Positions 1-10,048 of a stretch of 63,142 bases of DNA are shown here, piece by piece. Below the pieces are notes generated by a model that searched no databases, had not been told where the DNA came from, and was given only the letters and a program-made list of their open reading frames with translations. The position numbers were made by a program, and so were the translations under genes. Source of the DNA: Myxococcales bacterium (GTDB taxonomy: Bacteria; Myxococcota_A; UBA9042; JABWCM01; BTVJ01); NCBI GenBank assembly GCA_045863395.1, contig BTVJ01000045.1, forward strand, positions 1 through 63,142, written 5' to 3'. Every line of letters starts with the position of its first letter. Positions within the stretch are counted from its first letter, which is position 1.

Positions 1-2
1 GC

Positions 3-398
3 GGCGACGACGTCGGCGGCGGTGGCGGCGGTGGCGGCGGTGGTGACACCGGCGGCGGCGGCGGCGGCGGCACGGACACGGGCGGTGGCGCGGGCTCCGA
101 TGACACCGGCGGTGGCTCGGGCTCCGATGACACCGGCGGCGCGTCCGGCGGCGGTGGCGGCGGTGGCGGCGGCGGCGGCGGCGGCGGCGGCACGGACACG
201 GGCGGTGGCGCGGGCTCCGATGACACCGGCGGTGGCTCGGGCTCCGATGACACCGGCGGCGCGTCCGGCGGCGGTGGCGGCGGTGGCGGCGGCGGCGGCG
301 GCTGCTCGGCGACGGGCGGCAACCAGTCGACGCTTCCGGGGGCGCTCCTGCTCCTGGCCCTCGTTGGCCTCGCCATCCGGCGGCGCTTCGCGGCCTGA
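3..398 (+). CDS. C-terminal end of a Gly/Asp/Thr-rich surface protein with a MYXO-CTERM-like sorting signal (5' part outside window)
   Basis: Frame 3 is open from the window edge and reads GDDVGGGG...DTGGGSGSDDTGG...GGGCSATGGNQSTLPGALLLLALVGLAIRRRFAA, stopping at TGA 396-398. GC-x-linker, hydrophobic helix and RRR match the MYXO-CTERM pattern. Not listed in the ORF track because it has no start codon in the window. Confidence 0.85.
   Translation, partial: GDDVGGGGGGGGGGDTGGGGGGGTDTGGGAGSDDTGGGSGSDDTGGASGGGGGGGGGGGGGGGTDTGGGAGSDDTGGGSGSDDTGGASGGGGGGGGGGGGCSATGGNQSTLPGALLLLALVGLAIRRRFAA
61..300. repeat. Perfect 120-bp tandem duplication in the Gly-rich linker
   Basis: Bases 61-180 are identical to 181-300. 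Confidence 0.95.
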
Positions 399-425
399 TC
401 TTCTACGGGTGGGGTGCTCCGGCGC

Positions 426-480
426 CTCCCCCGCTCCCCCGCTCCCCCGCTCCCCCGCTCCCCCGCTCCCCCGCTCCCCC
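426..480. repeat. Intergenic 8-bp tandem repeat (CTCCCCCG)x6 plus a partial copy
   Basis: Read directly; lies between two convergent stop codons (398 and 504). Confidence 0.95.
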
Positions 481-503
481 CAGGCACGACTGACCTCAGC
501 CGC

Positions 504-1013
504 CTACTCGGGGAGCTTCACCCCCAGGTCCTTCGCCAGGTCCTTGGTCTCCACGCGGGCCAGGCCCAGCTCCTTGTCGCTGGCCTTCATCGCATCGCCG
601 TAGGCCTCCCGGATCTCGTCGGGGATGTCACGGCCGGCGTCCTGGCTCGAGCGCAGGCCCTCGGCGAGCTTCTTCGCCGCCGCGAGGCGCAGCTCCACCG
701 CCTTCGCATACCGGGCGTGGATCGCCTTGACCTTCTCCGTAGCGGGGGCGTTCTCCGCCACGGCCTTGCTCAGGGCCTCCAGAGCCGGGATGTAGTCGCC
801 CTCCACCTGCGAGAGCGAGGTGCTGGCGGCCATGCCGAACGCGCCGACGATCTTCCCTTCGATGTCGCCGATCCGGTCGACGTGGCCCTCGATGGTCTGG
901 GCCTTGTCGGTTGCGTAGAGCTTGAGGTCGTCTGCCTCCGGGCCCGCCTTGCAGCCTGCGAGCGTGAGGCAGAGCACGGCGACGGCGCCGCGCAGCATGT
1001 GTCTCCGGGTCAT
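504..1013 (-). CDS. Hypothetical helical lipoprotein
   Basis: Start chosen at ATG 1013 with AGGGAGG upstream. MTRRHMLRGAVAVLCLTLAGC is a signal peptide II with a LAGC lipobox. Confidence 0.8.
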   Translation of the reverse strand: MTRRHMLRGAVAVLCLTLAGCKAGPEADDLKLYATDKAQTIEGHVDRIGDIEGKIVGAFGMAASTSLSQVEGDYIPALEALSKAVAENAPATEKVKAIHARYAKAVELRLAAAKKLAEGLRSSQDAGRDIPDEIREAYGDAMKASDKELGLARVETKDLAKDLGVKLPE

Positions 1014-1179
1014 GGGTGCCTCCCTGGTGCGCGATGTGGCGGACCGACTGCCGGTCACGAGCGTGGCGCGCGGCCAAGGATAGCGGGAGTGAGGCGGGTC
1101 GGGAAGCGGCGAGTGGAGAGACGCTGGCAGTGGAGGACAGGTCAGCCCGAATGGCAGGGCTGACCCGCGCAGCGTCGCC

Positions 1180-2163
1180 CTACAGCATCTCGCGGACGGC
1201 GTCCCGCTCCGAGATCAGCTCGTCTGCGGTGGCGCGCAGCTTCTCCTGCGAGTAGGCGTTGAGCTCCAGGCCCTGGACGATCTCCCACCCGAAGCCGGGA
1301 GTGACCTTCACGGGGAAGGAGAAGTAGAGGCCCTCGGGGACGCCGTAGCTGCCGTCCGAACGGACCGCCATGGACGTCCACCGGCCCGCGTTCTTGCCGT
1401 TGGCCCAGGAGAAGGTGTGATCGAGGGCCGCGCCGGCCGCCGAGGCCGCCGACGAGGAGCCGCGGGCCGCGATGATGGCCGCGCCGCGCTTCTGGACCGT
1501 CTCGAGGAACGCGCCCTGGAGCCACGCGTCGTCGTTGACCACGGACGCGACGGGCTTGCCGTCGATGGTCGCGTCGAACCAGTTGGGGTACATGGTCGTC
1601 GAGTGATTTCCCCAGATCGCCAGGTCACGGATGGCCTCCACGGGCCTGCCCGTCTTGGCGGAGATCTGCGCGACGGCCCGGTTCTGGTCGAGGCGGGTCA
1701 TGGCCGTGTAGTTGAGGGGGTTCGTCCGGCGGGCCCGCGACGCGGCGATGAGGCAGTTGGTGTTGCAGGGGTTGCCCACGACCACCACCTTCACGTCCTT
1801 CTTCGCGTTCTCGTCGATGGCCGCTCCCTGCGCCGTGAAGATGCGGCCGTTGTCCTTCAGGAGGTCGGCGCGCTCCATGCCCTTGGTGCGGGGCTTGGCG
1901 CCCACGAGCACCGCCACGTCGACGTCGCCGAAGCCCTCGTTGGCGTCCGAAGTGATCTTCGTGCCGGCCAGGAGCGGGAACGCGCAGTCCTCCAGCTCCA
2001 TGACGACGCCGCGGGCCGCGTCGAGGGCCTGGGGCAGCTCGATGAGGTTCAGGATGACGGGCGTGTCCGTGCCCAGCAGGTCGCCCTTGGCGATGCGGAA
2101 GAGCAGGCTGTAGCCGATCTGACCGGCGGCCCCTGTCACTGCGACTCGAACGGCAGGCTTCAT
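1180..2163 (-). CDS. mdh: Malate dehydrogenase (cytosolic/type-2 MDH family)
   Basis: [55 protein letters not shown] and IWGNHS motifs. Confidence 0.97.
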   Translation of the reverse strand: MKPAVRVAVTGAAGQIGYSLLFRIAKGDLLGTDTPVILNLIELPQALDAARGVVMELEDCAFPLLAGTKITSDANEGFGDVDVAVLVGAKPRTKGMERADLLKDNGRIFTAQGAAIDENAKKDVKVVVVGNPCNTNCLIAASRARRTNPLNYTAMTRLDQNRAVAQISAKTGRPVEAIRDLAIWGNHSTTMYPNWFDATIDGKPVASVVNDDAWLQGAFLETVQKRGAAIIAARGSSSAASAAGAALDHTFSWANGKNAGRWTSMAVRSDGSYGVPEGLYFSFPVKVTPGFGWEIVQGLELNAYSQEKLRATADELISERDAVREML

Positions 2164-2404
2164 GGATGCACCTCGTGCGTGGGTGTGGGCTCCGGGGGGC
2201 CGGCCGCGTCGACCGGATGCCGCGCCAGGAGCGGGCTCGGCCGTACCTTACTCCATTGGACCCGGCCCGCAAGGGGGATCGGGCGGCGTAGGGCACAAAC
2301 CTCAACGAACGTCACCGACTCCCGGTGGGCAGGGGGCGCGGCTGCCCGGGATGCGGTGACTCCAGCCTCCGCTTCTGGTAGCGTGCCCGCCCCCAGGAGG
2401 CTCA

Positions 2405-5320
2405 ATGACACCGACGCTCCCCCCTCTGGACGACCTGATGGAGGCGCTCCGCGAGGACGCCTCTCGTGACACCTGGTCCCGCGGCGTTGCCCTTGCGCGG
2501 GCCGGGGCCTTCCTGCAGCCGAGCACCGAGCCCGACGAGGTGGTGGTGAAGCTCGCCATGCAGGGCGGGGCCATCAGCCCCACCGTGACCTTGTGGCCGG
2601 CGGACGCCGACTGGGCCTGCGACTGCGCGTCCAGCGAGGACGTGTGCCAGCACGCCGTCGCCGCCGTCCTCGCGCTGCGCCAGGCCCAGCAGGAGGGTGC
2701 CGTCGTCGCCCCCCCCCGGGTGGAGACCTGGGAGGTCGCCTACCTGTTCAGCCGTGGTGAGGGGGGCCTCCACTTGGAGCGGGAGCTGGTCGCTGGCGCC
2801 TCGACACGGCCCCTGGAGGTCGCACTGTCCTCGCTGGTCTCCGGACGGGTCACGGGCCCTCGGGTGGCGCCGACCCGCGCTGACCTGACCGTCGAGCAGG
2901 TCCTCGGGACCAAGATGGGGGGCTGGCTGAACCCGCACCAGGTCGCGCGCGTGCTCGGTCTGCTCGCGCGCCACCCGCGGGTGACGTTGGACGGCGTCCC
3001 GATCCAGCTCGACGGCACCCCCGTGACGCCCATCGTGCGTGTGGACGAGCGGCCGGGGGGCTGGGAGGTGCGGGCCCTGGATGACCCCACGGTCACAGCG
3101 CGCTTCCCCAACGGGGCGGCGCTGTGCGGAGACGTCCTGCGCCCCGTCGGGGAGCTGGAGCTGACCGGGCGGGAGCGGGACGAGCTCGGCAAGGGGCGCT
3201 TCTTCGGCCCCCACCAGGTGGACGTGCTGGCCGCCGAGGTGCTGCCGTCCCTGCGAGCGCGCAAGGTGCCGCTGGACGTGCGTGCGAGGCGCCTGCCCGC
3301 CATGGTGCGCGTGGCGCCGCGCCTGGAGATCGTCGCGTCCCGGCGGGGCGACTACCTCTCCGTCGTGCCGTCCATCGTCTACGGAGACCCGCCCATCGCC
3401 CGGGTGGACGGCGGGCGCCTCACGATCCTGGGCGACGGCACGCGGGTGCCGGTACGCGACGAGCCGGGGGAGGCCGCCATCTCGCGCAGCATCGCGACCC
3501 TGCTCGGGACGGGGCCGGGGCGCGCGCTGGCCCTCGGGGGAGAGGAGGCGGTCGCCATGGCTGCCCGGCTCCGCGACCGCCCCGAGGTGCGCGCCGAGGG
3601 GCTCGATGCCTTCCGTCTCGCGGCGCCCCTGGAGCCGCGCCTCGATCTGTCCGGGGGATTCGATCTGCGCTTCGAGGCGAGCGGGGCCCGGGCCGACGCG
3701 GGCGCGGTCCTGCGCGCCTGGCGGGAGGGGCACTCCCTCGCCCCGCTGCTCGACGGCGGGTTCTCGCCCATCCCCACGGCCTGGCTCGACGCCCATGCGG
3801 CGCGGCTCACGGACCTGCTCGCCGCGCGGGAGGCGGCGGGCGGTGACCTGCCTCGTGCGCTCTTGCCGGATCTCGCGCGGCTGTGCCAGGAATTGGACGT
3901 CCCTGCACCACCAGCCTTCTCGGAGCTGCGTGTTATCGTCGATGACTTCGATGGTGTGCCACAGGCGCCGCTGCCGCCGGATCTGACTGCGACCCTGCGC
4001 CCCTACCAGCGGCGGGGCGTCGACTGGCTCACGTTCCTGCGCGATACGGGGATGGGGGCGCTCCTCGCCGACGACATGGGCCTCGGCAAGACCGTCCAGG
4101 CCCTGTGCGTCCTGCGGGGCCGCACGCTAGTGGTTGCGCCGACCAGCGTCATCGCCAACTGGGTGGCGGAGATCCGGCGCTTCCGGCCCGCCCTGAGCGC
4201 GGCGGTGTACCACGGTCCGGGGCGCCGCCTCGTGCCTGCCGACATCACCGTCACGAGCTACGCCATCCTGCGCCTGGACGCGGACGTGCTCGCCGCCGAG
4301 CGGTGGGGAACGGTGGTGCTCGACGAGGCCCAGACCATCAAGAACCCTGACAGCCAGGTGGCCCGGGCTGCGTACCGCCTCCAGGCCAATCACCGGGTTG
4401 CGCTGACCGGCACGCCCGTCGAGAACCGCCTCGACGAGCTCTGGAGCCAGCTCCACTTCCTCAACCGGGGCCTCCTCGGGGGGCGCGCCGACTTTGCGGA
4501 GCGGTATGCCGGGCCCATCGCTGCTGGAGACGCCGCCGTCGCGCTGCGCCTGCGGGAGCGCACCCGGCCCTTCGTGCTGCGGCGTCTCAAGCGGGACGTC
4601 GCGCCGGAGCTGCCACCCCGCACGGAGCTGGTGCTGCGCTGTGAGCTGAGCGAGGCAGAGCGCGAGCTCTATGACGCGCTCCATGCGGCTGCCCGGGAGG
4701 ACGTCCTCCGCGAGCTCGCCTCAGGCGCAAGCGTCATGCGCGTCATCGAGCTGCTGCTGCGGCTCCGGCAGGCAGCCTGCCACCCGGCGCTGGTGCCTGG
4801 CCAGTCCGCCGAGCGCTCGGCCAAGGTCGACCTGCTCATGGAGAGTCTGGACGTGGCGGTCGGCGAGGGGCACAAGGCGCTGGTGTTCTCCCAGTGGACG
4901 TCCCTGCTCGACCTCGTCGAGCCGCACCTGCGGGCAGCGGAGATCCCCTTCATCCGCCTCGACGGGTCCACCATGGACCGGGGGGGCGTGGTCGAGCGCT
5001 TCCAGGCGGCGGATGGACCGCCGGTGATGCTGGTGTCGCTGCGGGCGGGCGGCACGGGCCTCAACCTGACCGCTGCGGACAACGTGTTCCTGCTCGATCC
5101 GTGGTGGAACCCCGCAGTGGAGGACCAGGCCGCCGACCGGGCCCACCGCATCGGCCAGGACCGGCCGGTGTTCGTGCACCGCCTGATCGCGCAGGACACC
5201 GTCGAGGAGCGGATCCTTGCGCTCCAGCAGACCAAGCGTGAGCTGGCGGACGTAGCCCTCGGGGACGCGCGCCTCGGAGCGGCGTTGACCCGGGAGGACC
5301 TGCTCGCGCTCCTGGACTGA
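2405..5320 (+). CDS. SWIM zinc finger + SNF2-family helicase
   Basis: N-terminal CDC...CQH (SWIM); [43 protein letters not shown] and [11 protein letters not shown]. Confidence 0.95.
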   Translation: MTPTLPPLDDLMEALREDASRDTWSRGVALARAGAFLQPSTEPDEVVVKLAMQGGAISPTVTLWPADADWACDCASSEDVCQHAVAAVLALRQAQQEGAVVAPPRVETWEVAYLFSRGEGGLHLERELVAGASTRPLEVALSSLVSGRVTGPRVAPTRADLTVEQVLGTKMGGWLNPHQVARVLGLLARHPRVTLDGVPIQLDGTPVTPIVRVDERPGGWEVRALDDPTVTARFPNGAALCGDVLRPVGELELTGRERDELGKGRFFGPHQVDVLAAEVLPSLRARKVPLDVRARRLPAMVRVAPRLEIVASRRGDYLSVVPSIVYGDPPIARVDGGRLTILGDGTRVPVRDEPGEAAISRSIATLLGTGPGRALALGGEEAVAMAARLRDRPEVRAEGLDAFRLAAPLEPRLDLSGGFDLRFEASGARADAGAVLRAWREGHSLAPLLDGGFSPIPTAWLDAHAARLTDLLAAREAAGGDLPRALLPDLARLCQELDVPAPPAFSELRVIVDDFDGVPQAPLPPDLTATLRPYQRRGVDWLTFLRDTGMGALLADDMGLGKTVQALCVLRGRTLVVAPTSVIANWVAEIRRFRPALSAAVYHGPGRRLVPADITVTSYAILRLDADVLAAERWGTVVLDEAQTIKNPDSQVARAAYRLQANHRVALTGTPVENRLDELWSQLHFLNRGLLGGRADFAERYAGPIAAGDAAVALRLRERTRPFVLRRLKRDVAPELPPRTELVLRCELSEAERELYDALHAAAREDVLRELASGASVMRVIELLLRLRQAACHPALVPGQSAERSAKVDLLMESLDVAVGEGHKALVFSQWTSLLDLVEPHLRAAEIPFIRLDGSTMDRGGVVERFQAADGPPVMLVSLRAGGTGLNLTAADNVFLLDPWWNPAVEDQAADRAHRIGQDRPVFVHRLIAQDTVEERILALQQTKRELADVALGDARLGAALTREDLLALLD

Positions 5321-5451
5321 CGGGGCGACCGCCGTGAACGGCGCGCCGGGGGGGCGGGTCCCGGCTGCGTGGGGGGTGACCTCCGGCGCGTTGGCGTGCA
5401 CAATGCCCACGTCTGGTGACCGTGGACGTCGCAGGGAGTGGAGGATCGATC

Positions 5452-6231
5452 ATGGGGAGCCTGGTAGGGAGACACGCGCTGGTCTGCGGCGCGTCCGGCG
5501 GCATCGGCCGGGCGTCGGCCCTGGCCCTGGCGGAACGGGGGGCGGTCGTGACCGCGTTGGCGCGGAGCCGCGAGAGGCTCGGCCCGCTGGTCGCCCTGCT
5601 GCGAGAGGCGGGTGCCCCTGAGGCCCACGCGCTGGTCGCCGACCTGGACGAGCGGGCCGTGCTCGAGGAGCGGGTAGGTGCCCACCTGGCCGTAGGCCCC
5701 ATCCACATTCTCGTGAACAACGCGGGGGGGCCGCCCCCGGGCCCGCTGCTGGCGGCCACGGAGGGCGACTTCCTGGCCGCCCTCGGGCGCCACCTGTTCG
5801 CGGCCCACCTGCTGGTGCGGCTGGTGCTGCCCGGCATGGTCGCGGCGGGGTACGGGCGCATCATCAACGTCGTCTCCACGAGCGTCTACGAGCCGATCCC
5901 CAACCTGGGTGTCAGCAACGTGACGCGGGCGGCGGTCGCGGGGTGGGCGAAGACTCTGGCCGGGGAGCTCCCGCCCGGCGTGACCATCAACAACGTGCTG
6001 CCGGGCTTCACCGCGACGGATCGCCTTGCCTCCCTCGGGGCCGCCATCGCGGCGCGCACGGGGCGCACCGTGGACGAGGTGCGCGCGGACTGGGCGGCCC
6101 AGGCGCCGGAGGGGCGCCTCGGGCAGCCCGAGGAGGTGGCGGCGGTCGTCGCCTTCCTGGCGTCACCGGACGCGAGCTTCGTGCGCGGGCAGAGCATCGC
6201 TGCGGACGGCGGTCGCATGCGCTCCATCTGA
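5452..6231 (+). CDS. SDR-family oxidoreductase
   Basis: GASGGIG Rossmann motif, ILVNNAGGP, SNVTRAAV (atypical SDR active-site segment) and NNVLPG. GGAGG precedes ATG 5452. Confidence 0.9.
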   Translation: MGSLVGRHALVCGASGGIGRASALALAERGAVVTALARSRERLGPLVALLREAGAPEAHALVADLDERAVLEERVGAHLAVGPIHILVNNAGGPPPGPLLAATEGDFLAALGRHLFAAHLLVRLVLPGMVAAGYGRIINVVSTSVYEPIPNLGVSNVTRAAVAGWAKTLAGELPPGVTINNVLPGFTATDRLASLGAAIAARTGRTVDEVRADWAAQAPEGRLGQPEEVAAVVAFLASPDASFVRGQSIAADGGRMRSI

Positions 6232-6244
6232 GGTCTGAATCAGG

Positions 6245-7456
6245 ATGCAGTTCGACGTCTTCTTCTCCATCAGTCAGACGCCGGTGGGTGGGCACACACC
6301 CTCCGAGGCGGAGATGTTTCGGGGCTTCCTGCACGAGGTGGAGGCCGCCGACGCCTTGGGGTTTGGCACCGCCTGGCTCGCCGAGTCCCACCTGTCGTCC
6401 GAGGTGCAGAAGCGCCACGCCGGCGCGGTGATCCCCCACTGGCAGGGGGAGGTCGGCCTCAACACGGACCTGTTCCAGGCCGCCAACGCGGTCTTCCGGC
6501 GCACGAGGCGCATCGAGGTGGGCTCGGCGGTGATGAGCCTGCTCTGCAACGGCGGCCCCGTGGCTGCGGCAGAGCGGGTGGCCGCGTTCCTCGGCTGGCA
6601 CGGCCTCGACCCGGACGAGCGTCGCCGGGTCCACGTGGGCTTCGCGGGCGGGCGCTTCGAGTACATCAATCGTCCCTATGGGGTGATACCCCGGTCGCCG
6701 CTGGAGGAGGCGGCGTGGCCCGTCGTCAAAGGGCTGATCCTGGCGGAGGCGTCGGAGATCTTCCTGCGGCTGCTGCGAGGGGACGTGGTGGCGAGCGATG
6801 GGCCGGAGGCGACACTGACCCGCGCCGGCTTCCGCTCAGACGCGGACTGGCAGCGTGTCCGGGACCTTGGAGGGGGGGACGTGATCCCCGTGCCTCGCCG
6901 GTGGACCTTCGAGCCCTTGCAGATCGTGCCTCGGGAGTGGCGCCGGGACCTCTTGACCCTGACGCTGGGCTCCCACGACCCGGCGCTCCAGGTGGCGGTC
7001 AACCGGATCCTGCCCGTCCGGGTCTTCAACCTCTCCATCACGCGGCCGGAGATCATCGACGCCACACACGCGCGCATGGCGGCGGCCTTCCACCCGGACG
7101 GCGGGCCGTGGAGGCGGGAGTACATGCCGCGGACCGTGTTCGTGTTCATCAACGAGCAAGGGCACCTGTCGCCCGAGGGGAGGCGCGCAGCGGCCCGAGA
7201 GGAGGCGCGCGCCGCGCTGTCTGCCTACTGGACGGCCCTGGAGGGAACCATCGACCCGGCCAAGGTGGAGAACGCGGCGGACAACGCGCTGGTCGGCGAC
7301 GCGCGGGAGGTGGCGGCGCAGATCACCGAGCGGTTCCACCCCGACGACCGCCTGATGCTCTGGTTCGACTTCTTCAACCATGACGTGGGGCGGGTCATCG
7401 CCAACATGGAGGCCTTCATGACGCAGGTGGTGCCACTGCTCGGGGGGGCGCGATGA
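6245..7456 (+). CDS. Luciferase-like (LLM) flavin-dependent monooxygenase
   Basis: EVEAADALGFGTAWLAESH, TRRIEVGSAV and C-terminal FMTQVVP are typical of the bacterial luciferase-like family. Confidence 0.88.
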   Translation: MQFDVFFSISQTPVGGHTPSEAEMFRGFLHEVEAADALGFGTAWLAESHLSSEVQKRHAGAVIPHWQGEVGLNTDLFQAANAVFRRTRRIEVGSAVMSLLCNGGPVAAAERVAAFLGWHGLDPDERRRVHVGFAGGRFEYINRPYGVIPRSPLEEAAWPVVKGLILAEASEIFLRLLRGDVVASDGPEATLTRAGFRSDADWQRVRDLGGGDVIPVPRRWTFEPLQIVPREWRRDLLTLTLGSHDPALQVAVNRILPVRVFNLSITRPEIIDATHARMAAAFHPDGGPWRREYMPRTVFVFINEQGHLSPEGRRAAAREEARAALSAYWTALEGTIDPAKVENAADNALVGDAREVAAQITERFHPDDRLMLWFDFFNHDVGRVIANMEAFMTQVVPLLGGAR

Positions 7457-8577
7457 GGGGGCCTGGGCAGGAGCTGTACCCGACGTCTCCCATCGGGGAG
7501 GCGACCCCGGGGATCCCCACCGGGCGGGACGTGGAGTGGGAGCCGCTGGTCGACTACCGTCGCAACGGGGTGAGCGAGACCACCATCCACGGGGCGGTGG
7601 CCTGGGCGAGCGGCGGGCGCATCGTCCATTCGTTTGGGGGGAACGTGCTGTGCTACGGGCGCAGCATGATGAAGCCGCTCATGATCAAGGTGTTCGCGGA
7701 GGCGCTGGCGCCGGTGCTGGACTGGCGCCAGAAGGCCATCGCCGTGGCCTCCCACAACGGGGACACGGAGCACGTCGCCGCCGCCATGTCGATCCTCGAC
7801 GAGAGCGAGCACGGCCTCGTGCAGACGCCGCTCGACGTGCCGCTCGTGCAGTTCGGGCGCCAGGTGCGGCGGCCCCGGCGGTGGTATCACACCTGCTCGG
7901 GGGAGCACGCGGCCATCCTGCGGGGCTGTCGGCTCCTCGGGTGGAGCCGGGTGGGCTACACGCTGCCCCACCACCCCTTCTTCCAGGCATACGTGGACCA
8001 GGTGCGCCGCTTCCTCGGGGCGGACTGGAGCCCGCTGCGGGTGGCGCGCGACGGTTGCGGCCTGCCGACCATCTCCAACACGGTGGGGGAGCTGGCGGTG
8101 CTCTATGCGGGGCTCGCCCGCACGCGCGGAGAGGACTGGATCTGGGAGGCCATGATGCGCCACCCGGACCTGGTCGGCGGCTTCAACCGCCTGGACAGCA
8201 CGATCCTCAAGTCCTGCGGTGGGCGGGTCCTGGCCAAGGAGGGGGCGGACGGGTTGTTGGGGATGGCCATCGACCACCCGGACCACCCGGACGGGCTCGG
8301 CGTGGTCATCAAGATCGCGCACGGGTGGAACCCGCGCGCCACGTGGACCATCGCGCGCGCGGTCCTCGGGGTGCTGGGGCTCGAGCTGCGGAACCCTTAT
8401 GGGGTGCGGCGCCAGAAGGCCTTCGTGGTGCCGGGCATCGTGCCCCCGGAGCTGCTGCCGCGTCTGTTGGAGGTCCCCACCTGGGACGAGTGGGACCCGG
8501 ACACGGATCGCTGGACCTACGACTGGGACGAGCACGTGGGCGGGTTTCCCCCGCTGCCCGCGGCGAGGGAGCCATGA
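7453..8577 (+). CDS. Rhizobium-type (class 3, Asparaginase_II) asparaginase homologue
   Basis: RSMMKP, ASHNGD, TCSGEH (canonical NCSGKH), DGCGLP and AKEGADG. ATGA overlaps with both neighbours. Confidence 0.85.
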   Translation: MRGPGQELYPTSPIGEATPGIPTGRDVEWEPLVDYRRNGVSETTIHGAVAWASGGRIVHSFGGNVLCYGRSMMKPLMIKVFAEALAPVLDWRQKAIAVASHNGDTEHVAAAMSILDESEHGLVQTPLDVPLVQFGRQVRRPRRWYHTCSGEHAAILRGCRLLGWSRVGYTLPHHPFFQAYVDQVRRFLGADWSPLRVARDGCGLPTISNTVGELAVLYAGLARTRGEDWIWEAMMRHPDLVGGFNRLDSTILKSCGGRVLAKEGADGLLGMAIDHPDHPDGLGVVIKIAHGWNPRATWTIARAVLGVLGLELRNPYGVRRQKAFVVPGIVPPELLPRLLEVPTWDEWDPDTDRWTYDWDEHVGGFPPLPAAREP

Positions 8578-10007
8578 GGATGGTGCGAAACCTGATTGGG
8601 GGCAATCACGTCGCGGCGGATGAGGAGATTGACGACGTGTCGCCTGCCACCGGGGAGGTCCTCGCGCGGATTCCCAGGTCTCAGGCGAGTGACGTCGCTG
8701 CCGCCGTGGCCGCCGCCCGTGCGGCCGCCCCGGACTGGGCCGCGGTGGGGGTCGATGGGCGCGCCCGGCTCCTGGAGCGGCTCGCCGACGCCGTGGAGGG
8801 GCGCTTGGAGGAGCTGGCCGCCCTGGAGTCTGCCGATACGGGGAAGCCGGTCTCGCTGGCGCGGCGTATGGACATTCCCCGGGCGGTCGCCAACCTGCGC
8901 TTCTTCGCCGGGGCGGTCCGCCACGCCGAGACTCCCTGCCACGAGATGGACGGCGCCCTCAACTACACTTCGCGCCGCCCCCTCGGGGTGGTGGGGCTGA
9001 TCACTCCCTGGAATCTCCCCCTGTATCTGCTCACGTGGAAGGTGGCCCCCGCGCTGGCGACGGGAAACACGGTCGTCGCCAAGCCCAGCGAGCTGTCTCC
9101 GCTGACCGCGGCGGCCTTCGGAGAGCTCGCCGTGGACGTGGGGATCCCCCCGGGGGTGCTCAACATCGTACATGGGCTTGGGGGGGAGGCGGGGCAGGCG
9201 CTGGTCGAGCACCGGGACGTGCGCGCGGTCTCCTTCACCGGGGGTACGGCGACGGGCGCCCGCGTGGCGGCGACGGCCGCGCCGCGGTTCGCCAAGCTGT
9301 CGCTGGAGCTCGGCGGCAAGAACGCCACGGTGATCTTTGCCGACGCAGACCTGGACGCCGCCATCGAGGGGGCGACCCGCGCGGCGTTCACCAACCAGGG
9401 GCAGGTGTGTCTGTGCGGATCACGAGTCCTGGTGGAGCGCCCGGTCTACGAGCGCGTCGTCGATGGGCTGGTTGCTCGCGCTCGCGCGCTGCGGGTGGGC
9501 GATCCCGCAGACTCGAGCACCGAGGTGGGGGCGCTGATCTCCATCGCCCACCGGGACAAGGTGGAGTCCTATCTCCGTCTGGCCCGCGAGGAGGGCGGGC
9601 GACTCCTCTGCGGGGGAGAGCGCCCGGAGTTGCCGCCGCCGTTGAGCAACGGCGCCTTTCTGACCCCCGCGGTCATTGCGTCTCTCTCTCCGACGTGCCG
9701 TGTCTCAACCGAAGAGATCTTCGGCCCGGTCGTCACGGTCCACCCCTTCGACGCGGACGCAGACGCTGTGGAGATGGCCAACGGAGTGCGGTACGGCCTG
9801 TCTGCGTCCGTCTGGACGCGCGATCTCGCCCGCGCGCACAGGTTCAGCGCGGCGCTCGACGTGGGGATGGTCTGGGTCAACACCTGGCTGCTGAGGGACC
9901 TGCGCGTCCCCTTCGGCGGCACCAAGGACAGCGGCGTGGGGCGAGAGGGGGGGCGCTGGTCCCTCGAGTTCTTCACGGAGGCAAAGAACGTGTGCATCAA
10001 GGTCTGA
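8574..10007 (+). CDS. amnC: Aldehyde dehydrogenase, 2-aminomuconate/2-hydroxymuconate semialdehyde dehydrogenase type
   Basis: DIPRAVANLRFFA, ITPWNLPLYLLTWKVAPALA, LELGGKN, NQGQVCLCGSR and WLLRDLRVPFGG. Starts at an ATGA overlap (8574). Confidence 0.85.
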   Translation: MRMVRNLIGGNHVAADEEIDDVSPATGEVLARIPRSQASDVAAAVAAARAAAPDWAAVGVDGRARLLERLADAVEGRLEELAALESADTGKPVSLARRMDIPRAVANLRFFAGAVRHAETPCHEMDGALNYTSRRPLGVVGLITPWNLPLYLLTWKVAPALATGNTVVAKPSELSPLTAAAFGELAVDVGIPPGVLNIVHGLGGEAGQALVEHRDVRAVSFTGGTATGARVAATAAPRFAKLSLELGGKNATVIFADADLDAAIEGATRAAFTNQGQVCLCGSRVLVERPVYERVVDGLVARARALRVGDPADSSTEVGALISIAHRDKVESYLRLAREEGGRLLCGGERPELPPPLSNGAFLTPAVIASLSPTCRVSTEEIFGPVVTVHPFDADADAVEMANGVRYGLSASVWTRDLARAHRFSAALDVGMVWVNTWLLRDLRVPFGGTKDSGVGREGGRWSLEFFTEAKNVCIKV

Positions 10008-10048
10008 TGCGGTGATCGGCAACCTTCCCCATTGAGCGCCGCCGCGGT

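Noticed and set aside
61..300. 120-bp perfect duplication as a functional element
   Set aside because: It only lengthens a Gly-rich linker in frame and could be slippage or an assembly artefact; recorded as a repeat only.
22..603. 193-aa Ala-rich ORF in the track
   Set aside because: It is an off-frame reading of the GGC repeats. Frame 3 gives a coherent Gly-rich protein with a MYXO-CTERM-like end.
7536..8573. Long N-terminal extensions in the track for the ALDH (7536), AmnA fusion (11385), lipase (14537), partner protein (19037), receptor (25907) and nucleotidase (36314)
   Set aside because: They overlap well-supported upstream genes and are Arg/Gly/Pro-rich shadow translations. Better starts exist at stop/start overlaps or with an RBS.
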